NCBI GenBank assembly: GCA_000002435.2
Contig: CM018792.1
DNA: 64,000 nt
Direction: 5' to 3' (one strand)
From: Giardia intestinalis
Lineage: Eukaryota
A program made the translations under genes and the position numbers. Below the pieces are notes generated by a model. The model saw only the letters and a program-made list of their open reading frames with translations. It was not told where the DNA came from and did no database searches. Positions 39,891 through 50,138 of the stretch are shown here, piece by piece (positions within the stretch are counted from its first letter, which is position 1; each line of letters opens with the position of its first letter).

Positions 39891-42800
39891 CTATTTGTCC
39901 AAAGCTGCTGTTACTACTATGGGCACCTCCTCATCTGGCTCCACATTCTCTGTCAAGTTCTGTGGAAGTGACACAAAGTCCTCTCCTTTCACAGAATATG
40001 GCAGGCATACCATTGTTGGTTGCATGCTGACCAGCGGGTAGGCCACACTGGGAAGCTTCCAGGCGTGCATCTCTTCTGGGGCACGAACAAGACAGTCTGA
40101 GATGTATACTGATTTATCTGACTCTAAAGGGGTTGAATCCGCATACGTCTCAATGTTATCTATCGCATATACTAGTTGTAGTATCTTACTATTTGAAGGC
40201 TCTGCTTCTCTAGTACACAAGCTTCGCTGAAAGCTTCCAGGAGATGCGGATAAGCTTGCTGAAAGACTTGGAGATCTTCTGCTAGCCTTCAACTTATATG
40301 CAACCCCAGTAGAGGAGACGCCGATAGAAGCCATAGCTCTACCACCAATACTGGTTTCTCTGCGCAATATAGAAAAGACCCTATAAAGCTCACGCATTAG
40401 AATTAGCACCGCTCCCACCTCTGCCCGTTGGATACTCACAGCAGTTTCCTCGAATGCATCAATAAACGGGATAGGCACAGATCTATACTGATAGCTATCT
40501 CTTGCGAATTTCAACGCACGCTTGATGTTCCCAAGTTGGATGTTCGCCGATTTTGGGCATGGATCAATCGGCGTTAAAGTTAGTTTAAAGATTTCGCTCA
40601 CTATCTTACACAGTCCAACTCCATCCCTAAGAAAGTATGCAATGTCTACTATCTTCATGTATGGCTCGGGTAAACAATCCAGTGAATACAGCCAATTACT
40701 CAAGGCATTTTCTAGCTTCTTGTATTGCTCAGCTTGCTTAGTATAGTCTGTCATATGGGCTGCTTCCAATGCAGAAAAGTACGATATGATTTCCTTTTCG
40801 TCTTCTCCAACATTGGCTAGGTTGGTGCTTTGGGGGGTGTTACTGGTTGTAGCCATGCTCATGCTTTTCTGGAGAGAGCTTATAGAACTGGCTCGCTTAG
40901 AAGGAGCCAGCGCCTGCGGTATTTGAATGGGCTGCACACCAGACAAGCTACTGAACAGCTTTCTGGCTCTGTTGGGACAGAGCAGCACGCTATAGCATAT
41001 TCCATTGATTCGAGAAAGCTCATCCTTTGTTCGTGGGATAGGTTTTGGCCCGCGTTGTGCTTGGAGTAACTGGTCTGTCTTCGGTCCATACAGGTCTACT
41101 ATCTCCGAAAGAAGGGCGCTAAATTCCTGAAGACAAAGATCGTCAATAGATAAACCGTTGGTAGATCTTTTGGCTACCTCTCTCCTTGATTCGAAAATTT
41201 GCCGAAGGGCATCAAATAGGTAGAGCAGGAGGAGAAGGAACTGAAGAGAGCTAAAGTCTCCTTGGACAAGTGCATCTGCTGTTGGAAGCAGACCGGATGG
41301 AACAGACTCAGTAGCAGCTAGCTTTCTCAGAAGAGTATTATTGTTGTGTATACAATCAGAAATATTGATTGGAGCCTGATGTCGCGGAAACAGCAGACCT
41401 TGGTCCTTGGTTTGAGCTAGCTGGAGGCCGTAGTCCCCAGTAGCTATATCCTGGGTTCCAATACCTCTCGCACTTTCTGAAGAAATAGATGCACGCAGAG
41501 AGTTAGAGCGCGGCCTCACAGCGTCACTAGACTTCTCAGTCTGGCGTGTCACTCGGCCAACAGTAGAGTAGCATGCATAGAGATCGTCAGTGAGGCTTAG
41601 TCTCATCCGCATTTCTCGGAAAAAGTCGCTCTTGTGATAAACGAGATTGAAGATTTGTATGACTGCTATTCCATTACGATAAGGATCATAGATTGGCGAC
41701 TCAACAGAGACTTCTGAGGGCGGAATACAACCGCTCCCGCGAAGCCAGTTCTCAATGATAAATGTCGCCTTCAAAAGAAGATTTTGTCGCGTTATGTTGT
41801 ACGTGCTTGCTACACTTGCCGACAACTGAAGAATCGATTGCAGCTGCTTTACCTGCTCATTGAGAAGCCTGCTCTCCTTGTCTTTAGCAGCAGACTCCAA
41901 AAAGGATGCATGTGCTTTCATCTTCGCCTCAATATCCTGAGAAGAAAAACCCAATCCAGAAGAATCGAAAGACAGAACATCAAAAAGTATCTTCCTATAT
42001 TGTTTGCTAAAAAGGACGAGATCTGCTTGCGTGACAACTCCTCTTGATGTAGATACAGATGCAGTTGTTCCAAAGGCTAGGGTTTGGCCAAGGCAGCCCA
42101 CTGTAAAGCTAGTATCGGCGCTACCTATGGAGTCTCGTGCCAGCGAATCTATCGAGAAGCTAGTTGCATCGGTGAATGCAGTGAGAAACGAGTGTAACTG
42201 ATGCTTGTTCGCATTGAATGCTTCGAGCAGATTTTCATATGTTATGACTCCACTGCGTTCAAGACGGCGTAGAGCATCCAATGAGAGCTTGTTGCGGACA
42301 GTTGGTGGAAGGTCGTCGGGTTGGAGCCTTTTGAGGACTGTTCTTATGGCTGTCTCACTTAGAGTTTTGCTCCTGTTGGGAGTTGATGTGGGTCGTTTGG
42401 TACTTGGAGTCCGGGCAGATAGTGAGCGGTCTGACCGTGGTGTTCCAGGAGCCGATAAAATCGAACTGTAGGCTGTGTTGCTTACGCGCCGGAGGAGGGA
42501 CTCGCGGTCCATCTCTTTTTGTTCCCTGTTCCTTTTGGACAAATCGTTAATCAACGCCAAGTTATCTTTGTGGTAATCTTTCTTAGAAGGAGTTGACGGT
42601 GTCAACATGCTTTTCACATCATCCATTGTCACCGAGCCTCTGCAAACAGGGTTGCAAAAAGATTGACTTCGTGTGTTAGGCTGAGATGGAGTGCTCTGGG
42701 CAGTTGGTGTGACATTGCGTGTGGAGACTAGGACTGCTTTTTGAGGAAGATTAGCACACGCCATAGACCGGGAATTTGCATATAAATTATTCAGTTGCTT

Positions 42801-43649
42801 GATGCTGAGTGGTGTTGACATTGAAGCTTTGCAGAGCTCATCCAGTAGAGCAAGTTCTAGGCAGGTGTGAGTGAGGACCAAGCCAGTCCCGGTAGCTGCC
42901 CGATGAAATTCGTGGAGGACATCGAAAAGTAGTTGAACGTCTGAACCACTGGCTAGCTCACGACCTTTGAAAAGTAAATCAATGTTAAAAGTAGGGAGAA
43001 GGCCAAAGACTCTCATACACTTCTCCCAATTAACATATCTTTCTGTGCTATTACGAGGGTTGTGATTAATTACTTCCAAGTACAACTCACTCTTTGTGGT
43101 CGTTATGTGGTCGAAGTGCTTGAGAGCCAGCGCAAAAGGAACTCCGGACGACAATGCAGGGGCAATCTCTTCCTTTGTCACTAGCTCATAAAAGGAGAAG
43201 TGCCCTGTTTGCTTGTTTGCGTCTGACAACACCCCGTTGGTACCTGCACGCAAGTGATGTCGCGCGTCGTCTCCCCCCATGATTTCCAGCCAGATCAGAT
43301 CAATTATCTCAGTGTCTGCAAGAGACCTTGACGGTAACCGAGTGTCTGTTGTATTCTTTATATGCGAGATAGCCTGCTTTGCCTTTGCAAGGGATAGCTG
43401 AATCAGACCCTCTTCCGGGGCACGCCGCTTTGCCGAAGCTCCACGCAAATTGCTGGAAGGATGCACTTTGCTCTCTCCTAGGTCAGCAAGGGTTATAGTA
43501 GACCCAAGCGAAAAAGTAGCCAACTGTTTTGTGTCGCAGATTTGTCGAATAGCTTTCAACGCCTGAGGTTTGAAATCGTCCACGTTTGGAAAGAAAAGTA
43601 GCGGATCATCCTGCCATGGTTCGCGCCGCTCTGAGTAAACCTTACTCAT
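39891..43649 (-). CDS. Large hypothetical protein with possible calponin-homology-like modules near both termini.
   Basis: 1252-aa ATG ORF preceded by CTGGAAAATG. Segments LSNWLYSLD...YFLRDGVGLCKIV...NIKRALKFAR and ...IDLLFKGRELASGSDVQLLFDVLHEF resemble CH-domain cores. This is a weak assignment. Confidence 0.55.
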   Translation of the reverse strand: MSKVYSERREPWQDDPLLFFPNVDDFKPQALKAIRQICDTKQLATFSLGSTITLADLGESKVHPSSNLRGASAKRRAPEEGLIQLSLAKAKQAISHIKNTTDTRLPSRSLADTEIIDLIWLEIMGGDDARHHLRAGTNGVLSDANKQTGHFSFYELVTKEEIAPALSSGVPFALALKHFDHITTTKSELYLEVINHNPRNSTERYVNWEKCMRVFGLLPTFNIDLLFKGRELASGSDVQLLFDVLHEFHRAATGTGLVLTHTCLELALLDELCKASMSTPLSIKQLNNLYANSRSMACANLPQKAVLVSTRNVTPTAQSTPSQPNTRSQSFCNPVCRGSVTMDDVKSMLTPSTPSKKDYHKDNLALINDLSKRNREQKEMDRESLLRRVSNTAYSSILSAPGTPRSDRSLSARTPSTKRPTSTPNRSKTLSETAIRTVLKRLQPDDLPPTVRNKLSLDALRRLERSGVITYENLLEAFNANKHQLHSFLTAFTDATSFSIDSLARDSIGSADTSFTVGCLGQTLAFGTTASVSTSRGVVTQADLVLFSKQYRKILFDVLSFDSSGLGFSSQDIEAKMKAHASFLESAAKDKESRLLNEQVKQLQSILQLSASVASTYNITRQNLLLKATFIIENWLRGSGCIPPSEVSVESPIYDPYRNGIAVIQIFNLVYHKSDFFREMRMRLSLTDDLYACYSTVGRVTRQTEKSSDAVRPRSNSLRASISSESARGIGTQDIATGDYGLQLAQTKDQGLLFPRHQAPINISDCIHNNNTLLRKLAATESVPSGLLPTADALVQGDFSSLQFLLLLLYLFDALRQIFESRREVAKRSTNGLSIDDLCLQEFSALLSEIVDLYGPKTDQLLQAQRGPKPIPRTKDELSRINGICYSVLLCPNRARKLFSSLSGVQPIQIPQALAPSKRASSISSLQKSMSMATTSNTPQSTNLANVGEDEKEIISYFSALEAAHMTDYTKQAEQYKKLENALSNWLYSLDCLPEPYMKIVDIAYFLRDGVGLCKIVSEIFKLTLTPIDPCPKSANIQLGNIKRALKFARDSYQYRSVPIPFIDAFEETAVSIQRAEVGAVLILMRELYRVFSILRRETSIGGRAMASIGVSSTGVAYKLKASRRSPSLSASLSASPGSFQRSLCTREAEPSNSKILQLVYAIDNIETYADSTPLESDKSVYISDCLVRAPEEMHAWKLPSVAYPLVSMQPTMVCLPYSVKGEDFVSLPQNLTENVEPDEEVPIVVTAALDK

Positions 43650-43724
43650 TTTCCAGACCTTAAGTCTTAAAGGAAAAATTTTAGGGCAGCAGTTTTTGAA
43701 GGATCAATTAATTATTATATCTTG

Positions 43725-45350
43725 ATGCCAAGCAAACGCAAGGAGATGAGCCACAGGCTTACCCTCAGGGAAAAACACCACCGGCTTAAGAAGGCGAAGG
43801 AGAGGGCGGAGCGAGCAAGGAAGAAGGAGCGGGAAATGGCCCGGAGCAACCGAACCAAACGTGATCCCGGAATTCCTAATCTCTATCCATTCAAGAAGCA
43901 GATGCTTGAGGCTATCCTTGGCAGTGACCAACATATACCGACCAAGGAAGAACTGGATGCCCGAATGCGCCAACAGGCCGCTGCCTACGTGTCTGCTCAG
44001 CAACTCCAGCAAGATCTCGCCAGTGCACCGTCTGGGATCTCCAATGCATATGCAAGCCTTTACGATGCAACGCGCGACGCTACTGATCTCAGTGAGAAGT
44101 CTATTCGACGGGGTGCATTTAAGCAAGAACTTCAGCAAGTAATCGAACAAGCAGACGTTATAATGGAGGTCATTGACGCCAGAGACCCCAAAGGCACACG
44201 CTGTCCGGAGATAGAGGACATCTGTGCTGAGAAGCGGAAGCCATTCGTGCTTGTCATGAATAAAGTGGATCTAGTCCCTCAACAAGTGGCTCGTGCGTGG
44301 TTAGCTTACTTTAAAAACCACGCCGTCCCATGCATTGCATTCAAGAGTTCAACACACGTTCATAAAGGTCATGAGGTTAACTTGTCTAAGTTCGTTGATG
44401 GAGAGACAGGCAACAAGCACGCTGAGGATCGTCTTAGCCGAGCGCTCCATGATCCCCGAGCCATCATCGGTGCTAGCGAGCTTAAACACCTACTTCATAA
44501 GATCGATGCCCGGAAGGCGGCTGCTAGCACTCCTGAGGCTAAAGATGCCGCGATGCGAACTAAGATTGTTGCTGCTGTAGTAGGCATTCCAAACGTAGGA
44601 AAGTCGTCTATTATTAACTCCTTGTCATCTCGGAACGCCGTCGGAGTGGCCCCAATTCCTGGATACACAAAGAAGATTTCGGAAATACACATAGACCTAA
44701 GGCTGCGGATTCTCGACTCGCCCGGTGTTGTTCTTAATGAGGGAAGGAGTGTTATTTTACGTGAGGAGAAGCTTGTAGATCCCATAGGAGAGTGCACCAG
44801 GATGCTCAGCATGATGAAGGATTATGCTGCAGTGTTTCGGGCCTTTAATGTGTTTGACGACGTTCTCAAGCGTGCCGAGTCGAGCGCTCCCGTTGCTGAT
44901 TGTCTCAGAAGGGCAGACGAACTTCTCTCACAACCAGTAAGTGATGAGATAGCATTTGGTGACAACCAGGGCCTCTCTGCAAGGGAGCGCCTACTTGCTG
45001 AGCTTACTCGAGAGCTCCTGGTTTGTGTTGCGCGTAAGAAAGGTAAGCTTCTGCCTGGTGGCATCCCTGACTTGGACTGGGCTGCGCGGAATTGTATTCG
45101 TGACTGGAACAGGGGCACAGTTCCATTTTACAAGGCACCGCCCACCCAGGACGAGCTTGCTAAAGAAGAGGCTCTCCGCTCCGAGCGGCAAGCTGGTATC
45201 CAGCGTATGAATGAGCTGGGTGTTGGGGAGGGAAATCGCATCTTGACAGAACTAGCACCTGAGCTCGACATCGACGCCCTTTTTGCGTTGAGCACGGGCA
45301 TTGTTGGGACCGCTGAGGAAGACCTTGGAAACTATGCCGTTTTACGGTAG
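43725..45350 (+). CDS. Circularly permuted nucleolar GTPase of the GNL3/nucleostemin/Nug1 (YlqF/MMR_HSR1) family.
   Basis: Basic N-terminal Grn1-like region. Permuted G-motifs in the order G4 NKVDL, then G1 GIPNVGKSSIINSL, then G3 DSPGVV. The track start at 43722 is a TTG, so I trimmed to the adjacent ATG at 43725. Confidence 0.75.
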   Translation: MPSKRKEMSHRLTLREKHHRLKKAKERAERARKKEREMARSNRTKRDPGIPNLYPFKKQMLEAILGSDQHIPTKEELDARMRQQAAAYVSAQQLQQDLASAPSGISNAYASLYDATRDATDLSEKSIRRGAFKQELQQVIEQADVIMEVIDARDPKGTRCPEIEDICAEKRKPFVLVMNKVDLVPQQVARAWLAYFKNHAVPCIAFKSSTHVHKGHEVNLSKFVDGETGNKHAEDRLSRALHDPRAIIGASELKHLLHKIDARKAAASTPEAKDAAMRTKIVAAVVGIPNVGKSSIINSLSSRNAVGVAPIPGYTKKISEIHIDLRLRILDSPGVVLNEGRSVILREEKLVDPIGECTRMLSMMKDYAAVFRAFNVFDDVLKRAESSAPVADCLRRADELLSQPVSDEIAFGDNQGLSARERLLAELTRELLVCVARKKGKLLPGGIPDLDWAARNCIRDWNRGTVPFYKAPPTQDELAKEEALRSERQAGIQRMNELGVGEGNRILTELAPELDIDALFALSTGIVGTAEEDLGNYAVLR

Positions 45351-45368
45351 TCTATTCACTGAGGTAAA

Positions 45369-46688
45369 TTAGTAGCTCAGAAACTGTGCAAACCAATGGA
45401 TTAGTACGAGACTAGCCGCATCCTTCCCGTTTGCTCCAATGATCCCCAGGTGCTCTCCCTGGCGGTACTGTATCGCGACAATCTGGTTCCTGGCACTGGA
45501 TCGTGTGAATAGGTTTGCTTTCCCTTGATAACTGTCTGTCATGTGTGCAAGGATCGGCAGCAATGGCCCCGTGACTGTGTCATCGTAGGCACCCAAGAAA
45601 AGGATGGGCGTGGTTCGACTTAGAATCGCAACGGCCTCCAAGCAAACAGCAGAAGGGAAGATAAGATCGTAGTAGTCGTCAAGAGACTGGGATGGGACAA
45701 CTAACCGTGCAAATACCTCTCGATCAAAATCCTGCATGGTCCGAAGTGCCTGGTTCTGAAGGATCGAGTCAAAATCTATCTCTCTGCCTGTCCTTTGTGC
45801 ATACACCTCCAGGGCGTCCTTGTTTTTTGCAATATACTCACGCTGGTAGGACCCGATGGAGATATGTGTCTTCAGATTTTTAAGATAAGCCTGCCGTTTA
45901 TCTAGATTTGCAAACAAAATAGCCACGCTCGTTATAGCCTTGTAAATCTTAGTTACTAACTTTTTATCCTTTGAAGCCATCTGGACCAGATTAAGTCTTG
46001 TGAAATACTGTTCGTAGAGAGTAGAGGCATCATGATCCACTCCCTCCTGAGAGCCGCTCACCAGACCTGCTTTAAGAACCAGGTCGCCAATAAAGTGGCA
46101 AATCCTCATGCCCCCCAAGGAAAATCCCACCAGGTGAATTGGTAGATCTGAGTTTTGCGAGAGGTCATAGACCGCCTCGTAAATGTCCTGGATGTTTAGA
46201 TACTCGTCCAGGTACTGTTCCTGTGCGTCGCTGTCCAAAATGGTTCCACCGTATCCTCGAGAAATCAAGACGTAGCAGTTGTGTCCTTCTGCTGTTGCGG
46301 CCGAGACAAGCCTCTTGACACAGGGCGCACGTGCAGACGCAGCCATGGGTGTACATATCAATATATTGGATTGCGCATCAGGTACGAGAACCTGATCCAT
46401 TGAAACGCTTCCCAGACCATCGAAAAGCTGTGGCGGAAGGCTCCGACGCTGATACTTAACGTCAGGAACACCAAGAGTGTAGGATAGAACAGCGTAGTCC
46501 GCTGGGCCTCTGGCCGTTGGCGGAATTGTCAGGCGAATGCGCTGCACAGCCCTCACAAACGGCTGCTGCTTTCTGCTGGACCACTCTATGAATCGGATTG
46601 TATATCTGCGAGTAAAGTGTGTTGTATAGAAATAGAGAGAGCACAGGGCTAGGAACGGGAGAATATATCCAAAGATAACTGCAAACAT
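45369..46688 (-). CDS. Alpha/beta-hydrolase of the ABHD1/3 / YheT type, with an N-terminal signal-anchor.
   Basis: GFSLGG nucleophile elbow (GxSxG). ISRGYGGT resembles the YheT RGcGG motif. N-terminal TM MFAVIFGYILPFLALCSLYF. The first ATG at 46733 would overlap the upstream gene's stop by 17 bp, so I prefer the ATG at 46688. Confidence 0.7.
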   Translation of the reverse strand: MFAVIFGYILPFLALCSLYFYTTHFTRRYTIRFIEWSSRKQQPFVRAVQRIRLTIPPTARGPADYAVLSYTLGVPDVKYQRRSLPPQLFDGLGSVSMDQVLVPDAQSNILICTPMAASARAPCVKRLVSAATAEGHNCYVLISRGYGGTILDSDAQEQYLDEYLNIQDIYEAVYDLSQNSDLPIHLVGFSLGGMRICHFIGDLVLKAGLVSGSQEGVDHDASTLYEQYFTRLNLVQMASKDKKLVTKIYKAITSVAILFANLDKRQAYLKNLKTHISIGSYQREYIAKNKDALEVYAQRTGREIDFDSILQNQALRTMQDFDREVFARLVVPSQSLDDYYDLIFPSAVCLEAVAILSRTTPILFLGAYDDTVTGPLLPILAHMTDSYQGKANLFTRSSARNQIVAIQYRQGEHLGIIGANGKDAASLVLIHWFAQFLSY

Positions 46689-46716
46689 TCCTTCATTTAA
46701 AGTAAAGAGTAGTTTA

Positions 46717-48867
46717 TTATACTCCCCACACATTGACCTCGCCAGAGTCGTTACCTGTTACGCAGACTGCGCTATTGCGGGAGAACTGAATGGACTCTAC
46801 AACTCCATTTGTTTTGACTGTAGTATGCACCTTTCCCTTAGTTACTCCGAGAATTCGTAGGACCGAGTCTGAACACGCGGCGATAACGCCATCGCTGCTC
46901 CTGTCAAAACAAAGAGCAGTTACTCCCGCTTTCTGGCCCAGGTCCAGCTGTACAAGTGGTTGCATCGCACGCATGTCATATACAACTACGTGGCCGTCCA
47001 CGTCTCCCATTGCAATTTTACCAGAGTCCAAAGACCAGCATGATTTGCATGCGTTTGTGATATTGAAGCTATAGCTACGCACACATGTAAGTGTACGCGG
47101 GTCCCACACCTTAATCTTCTTGTCAATAGAACTAGAGAGCACTAAATTGCCAAATGGCTCGTAGCTAACAGATAGCACAGGTCCCATATGTCCACGGAGA
47201 CTTCCAATGCAGTAGCCCAACCCTGGCTTAGTTTTCTTTTGGGGCGCTTGCTGAGCACCACTTATCATACTGAAGCCTCCCGTCATACTTGTCATGTTAC
47301 CGGCTCCTAAGGTATCATCTGTGTCCTCAACGCCCACGTTTAAGATGGAGCCCTTTTCGTCAGCTAACATGCCTAGAGTGGTGGTGATGTCCCAGATCTT
47401 AATAGTGGTATCCTGTGAACACGTAACCACAGAAGTTCCCGTGCAATGCCAGCAACAATCCCATATTATACTAGAGTGTTCTGCTAATTCGAGGACCTGT
47501 TGCTGAGTGGCGATGTTCCAAAGTTTGCAGGTAGTATCCGCTGATGTTGTGGTAAGCAGTGTCTGCCCATTAATTACAGGGCAAAAGCGGGCGGATGTTA
47601 CAAAATCTGTATGGCCAGAACCGCTTAAGATTAGCTGCCCTGGAGCTGTTTGTGCGTCGTGGTTACTGAACACCTTCCAGCTTCCATCGATACTACTAGT
47701 TGCCATGACCTGCCTATTCTGATGAAAGTCCACGGATGAGACAGTGCTTTCGTGAGCGTTGATGGTTAGGATTGTATTTAGAGTTAGTCTAGAGTCAGCA
47801 ACGGTTTCAAAGTCTGATAACTCTAGCTTGTTCTGAATGAGCGGGTTCAATCTAGCTAGCTGAGCGTCACTCGGAAATGCTTTGGACTTGATAGTTTTTA
47901 TCAAACTGGCATCCATCTTAGAACTTGATTGACCAGTCAACTTCGTGAAATGACCTGGATTGCTTAAATCCTGATATGTCCCCTTGGTTTTCGGCACTGG
48001 TTGCGTCTTAATGATGGACTGGACTTCTACCTTTTTGCCGTCTGCTCCAATAATCTTCCCAAATTTCAATCCACTCTGAACCTTTGTGAACACACGAATC
48101 AGTTCGTCCACATCATAGGCGCTATCCCCACGCATAGCATTAATTGTTTCCTCCAGTGCATTGACTCTAGATTCAAGTTTATCGCGTTGAAGAGCAACCA
48201 TCTGCTTTGCCCGATGTATGGAGTCGTGCCTCTCAGTAAGGTCACGGATGAGAGGCTCATAAAGGGCACAATGGTCCCGCAAGCGCCGTAGATCATTGAG
48301 GAGAACCATTTTCTCTTGGTAGGCACGCCTGTGTTTTGATTTGTGGAAATCTCTGTCCTTTCGAAGGAGCTCGTATTGATCCCGCGCCTTCTCGGCGCTG
48401 TTTTTCAAGTGCGCGTTGATTTGTTCTAGATCAGAGATTTTCTTGTGTAAGTTTCTGTTTTCGACAAGAGCGTCTGGAATAGATGCCACAAACTGGGATG
48501 TGGCAGGAAGATTCCCTTGAGCATTAACCTCGAGCCACTCACTCTGAAAGCATTCAAGGGTCTTCACCAGTGAGGCTTGCGCCAAAAAATTACGGACATA
48601 GTCTTCAATGCTGGATGTGTTCAAGTCTGCCTTAGGTAACACAGTATCTACGTGCCCAGGTCTGCTCTTCTCCAGTTCACGGACACGCTTTTTCGTGACT
48701 TCTAAGCTAATGGTGTCAAAGTCCTCGTCGACACCAAAATCCAAAGAGTCTGGTAGAGCCTCCTGGCCCCGCAGCTCTTCTGGCATGGGGATATCATCAG
48801 CATCGTAATTAGTCCCTAGAATCCGCGCTATTTCTGGAGGAAGCTCGTAGCGCTGAGAGACATCCAT
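46717..48867 (-). CDS. LisH-like / coiled-coil / C-terminal WD40-repeat protein. It resembles a PF20/SPAG16- or LIS1-type axonemal or microtubule regulator.
   Basis: LisH-like IEDYVRNFLAQASLVKTLECFQSEW. Coiled coil over about aa 140-260. Seven or more WD repeats (GSWKVFSNHD, CKLWNIATQQ, IKIWDITTT, IKVWDPRTL). The first codon in the track is a GTG, so I trimmed to the ATG at 48867. Confidence 0.7.
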   Translation of the reverse strand: MDVSQRYELPPEIARILGTNYDADDIPMPEELRGQEALPDSLDFGVDEDFDTISLEVTKKRVRELEKSRPGHVDTVLPKADLNTSSIEDYVRNFLAQASLVKTLECFQSEWLEVNAQGNLPATSQFVASIPDALVENRNLHKKISDLEQINAHLKNSAEKARDQYELLRKDRDFHKSKHRRAYQEKMVLLNDLRRLRDHCALYEPLIRDLTERHDSIHRAKQMVALQRDKLESRVNALEETINAMRGDSAYDVDELIRVFTKVQSGLKFGKIIGADGKKVEVQSIIKTQPVPKTKGTYQDLSNPGHFTKLTGQSSSKMDASLIKTIKSKAFPSDAQLARLNPLIQNKLELSDFETVADSRLTLNTILTINAHESTVSSVDFHQNRQVMATSSIDGSWKVFSNHDAQTAPGQLILSGSGHTDFVTSARFCPVINGQTLLTTTSADTTCKLWNIATQQQVLELAEHSSIIWDCCWHCTGTSVVTCSQDTTIKIWDITTTLGMLADEKGSILNVGVEDTDDTLGAGNMTSMTGGFSMISGAQQAPQKKTKPGLGYCIGSLRGHMGPVLSVSYEPFGNLVLSSSIDKKIKVWDPRTLTCVRSYSFNITNACKSCWSLDSGKIAMGDVDGHVVVYDMRAMQPLVQLDLGQKAGVTALCFDRSSDGVIAACSDSVLRILGVTKGKVHTTVKTNGVVESIQFSRNSAVCVTGNDSGEVNVWGV

Positions 48868-49064
48868 CACTTCACAATAATTTTAAGTTTTTCAGCTGTG
48901 AGGGCTACTGAGACGCTATGCGAGTACTCGTGTTGAACAACTGCGTTAATTAGGAATAGTTGTAGGCTACGCACAACGAGATCTGCAGCCATGTATGGTT
49001 GACTCGTTACCTATCCCAAGTTTTAAAAACCTTATCCGTGCAATCTTTAGTCTTTGGCCTCAAC

Positions 49065-50138
49065 ATGGCTGCCCCAAATGAGATAGATGTACTGAGACGC
49101 GAGGTAGCACGCTTGCTCCACGAGAAAATTAACGCTTACATGGAGCCAGTTCATTTGGACAAGTATACACTGGGGACTGATCTTGCAACCATTGAAGATA
49201 TGTATACGGCAATATCGTGCCTGCGTCGTCATGTACTCGAGGTAGATGCCCGCACCAATGAAAGGATAGAAGAGAATGCACAACAACTAGCTGCAGACTA
49301 TCGGTTATTCAATGAGCTGGCATCTCGGGCCAAGGATACCATTTCTGCCCTTACTGCCCAAAAGGAAGAAGTGGACGCACGCGAGGCTACACTGTGCACA
49401 TTAGAAAGCACTCTCCTGAGCCGGCTTCTATCTACTGAGGCGTACCTGACCGCTAGAGCAAAGGTGGCCGAAGCACTCGAAAGCGCCTATAAAGAGCAAT
49501 TTACCGGAGTAATAGAAATGTATGCAACTCTCTTGGGATCCTTTCGTGCTGCAGAGAAGAAGTTAGAGCGTCTCTCCTATGAAAATGCGCTGCTGCGTTG
49601 CGATAACCGGAATCTTATGAATGAGGTTGCCATGCTACACACGGATCGTGATGCAGCGCAAGAAAAGGCCGCGAACACAATGACTATGTATAGCGAGCTA
49701 GGAGGGCGGCTATCTACGCTGTTAAATCAGTGGTCGAATTATCGCACACAGGATGGCTTTAGTGTTCCAGACACGGCTGCGAAGTTACAAAGCATAAACA
49801 GCAATGTTGAAGAGCTGCGAAGAGAGGTCGCTATTGTAGTGTCAGATATGCAACGCACCATTACAGATCAGGAGGCAATTATTGCCGCTCTGACAAAAGA
49901 GCTGGACGAATTGCAGAACAAAGGGCTGGAAGCGAAGATAGAGACTACTAAGCTAAACTTCTTAGAGACAGAGAACAGCAGACTAATGAAAGAGCTAGCG
50001 TCTGCAAGGTGTTCCTCAATGGACTCTGGATCCTCCCATATGCATTTGAGCGTCGCCAATGCATCAACTCAGACCACAGAGCAATCAAGAGCACAGCACA
50101 CAGATGACAATTGTGGTGCTGTCGATGTTGTCTCATGA
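49065..50138 (+). CDS. Hypothetical coiled-coil protein.
   Basis: The track start at 48999 is a TTG, and the first ATG is at 49065 (MAAPNEIDVLRREVARL). Continuous heptad repeats throughout. GTTTTAAAAACC element about 40 bp upstream. Confidence 0.6.
   Translation: MAAPNEIDVLRREVARLLHEKINAYMEPVHLDKYTLGTDLATIEDMYTAISCLRRHVLEVDARTNERIEENAQQLAADYRLFNELASRAKDTISALTAQKEEVDAREATLCTLESTLLSRLLSTEAYLTARAKVAEALESAYKEQFTGVIEMYATLLGSFRAAEKKLERLSYENALLRCDNRNLMNEVAMLHTDRDAAQEKAANTMTMYSELGGRLSTLLNQWSNYRTQDGFSVPDTAAKLQSINSNVEELRREVAIVVSDMQRTITDQEAIIAALTKELDELQNKGLEAKIETTKLNFLETENSRLMKELASARCSSMDSGSSHMHLSVANASTQTTEQSRAQHTDDNCGAVDVVS

Noticed and set aside
2694-45350. NSUN methyltransferase, Nob1 and GNL3/Nug1 as a 'ribosome-biogenesis cluster'
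   Set aside because: The three genes are separated by 25 kb and 14 kb of unrelated genes on different strands. In a eukaryote this is coincidental, not an operon.
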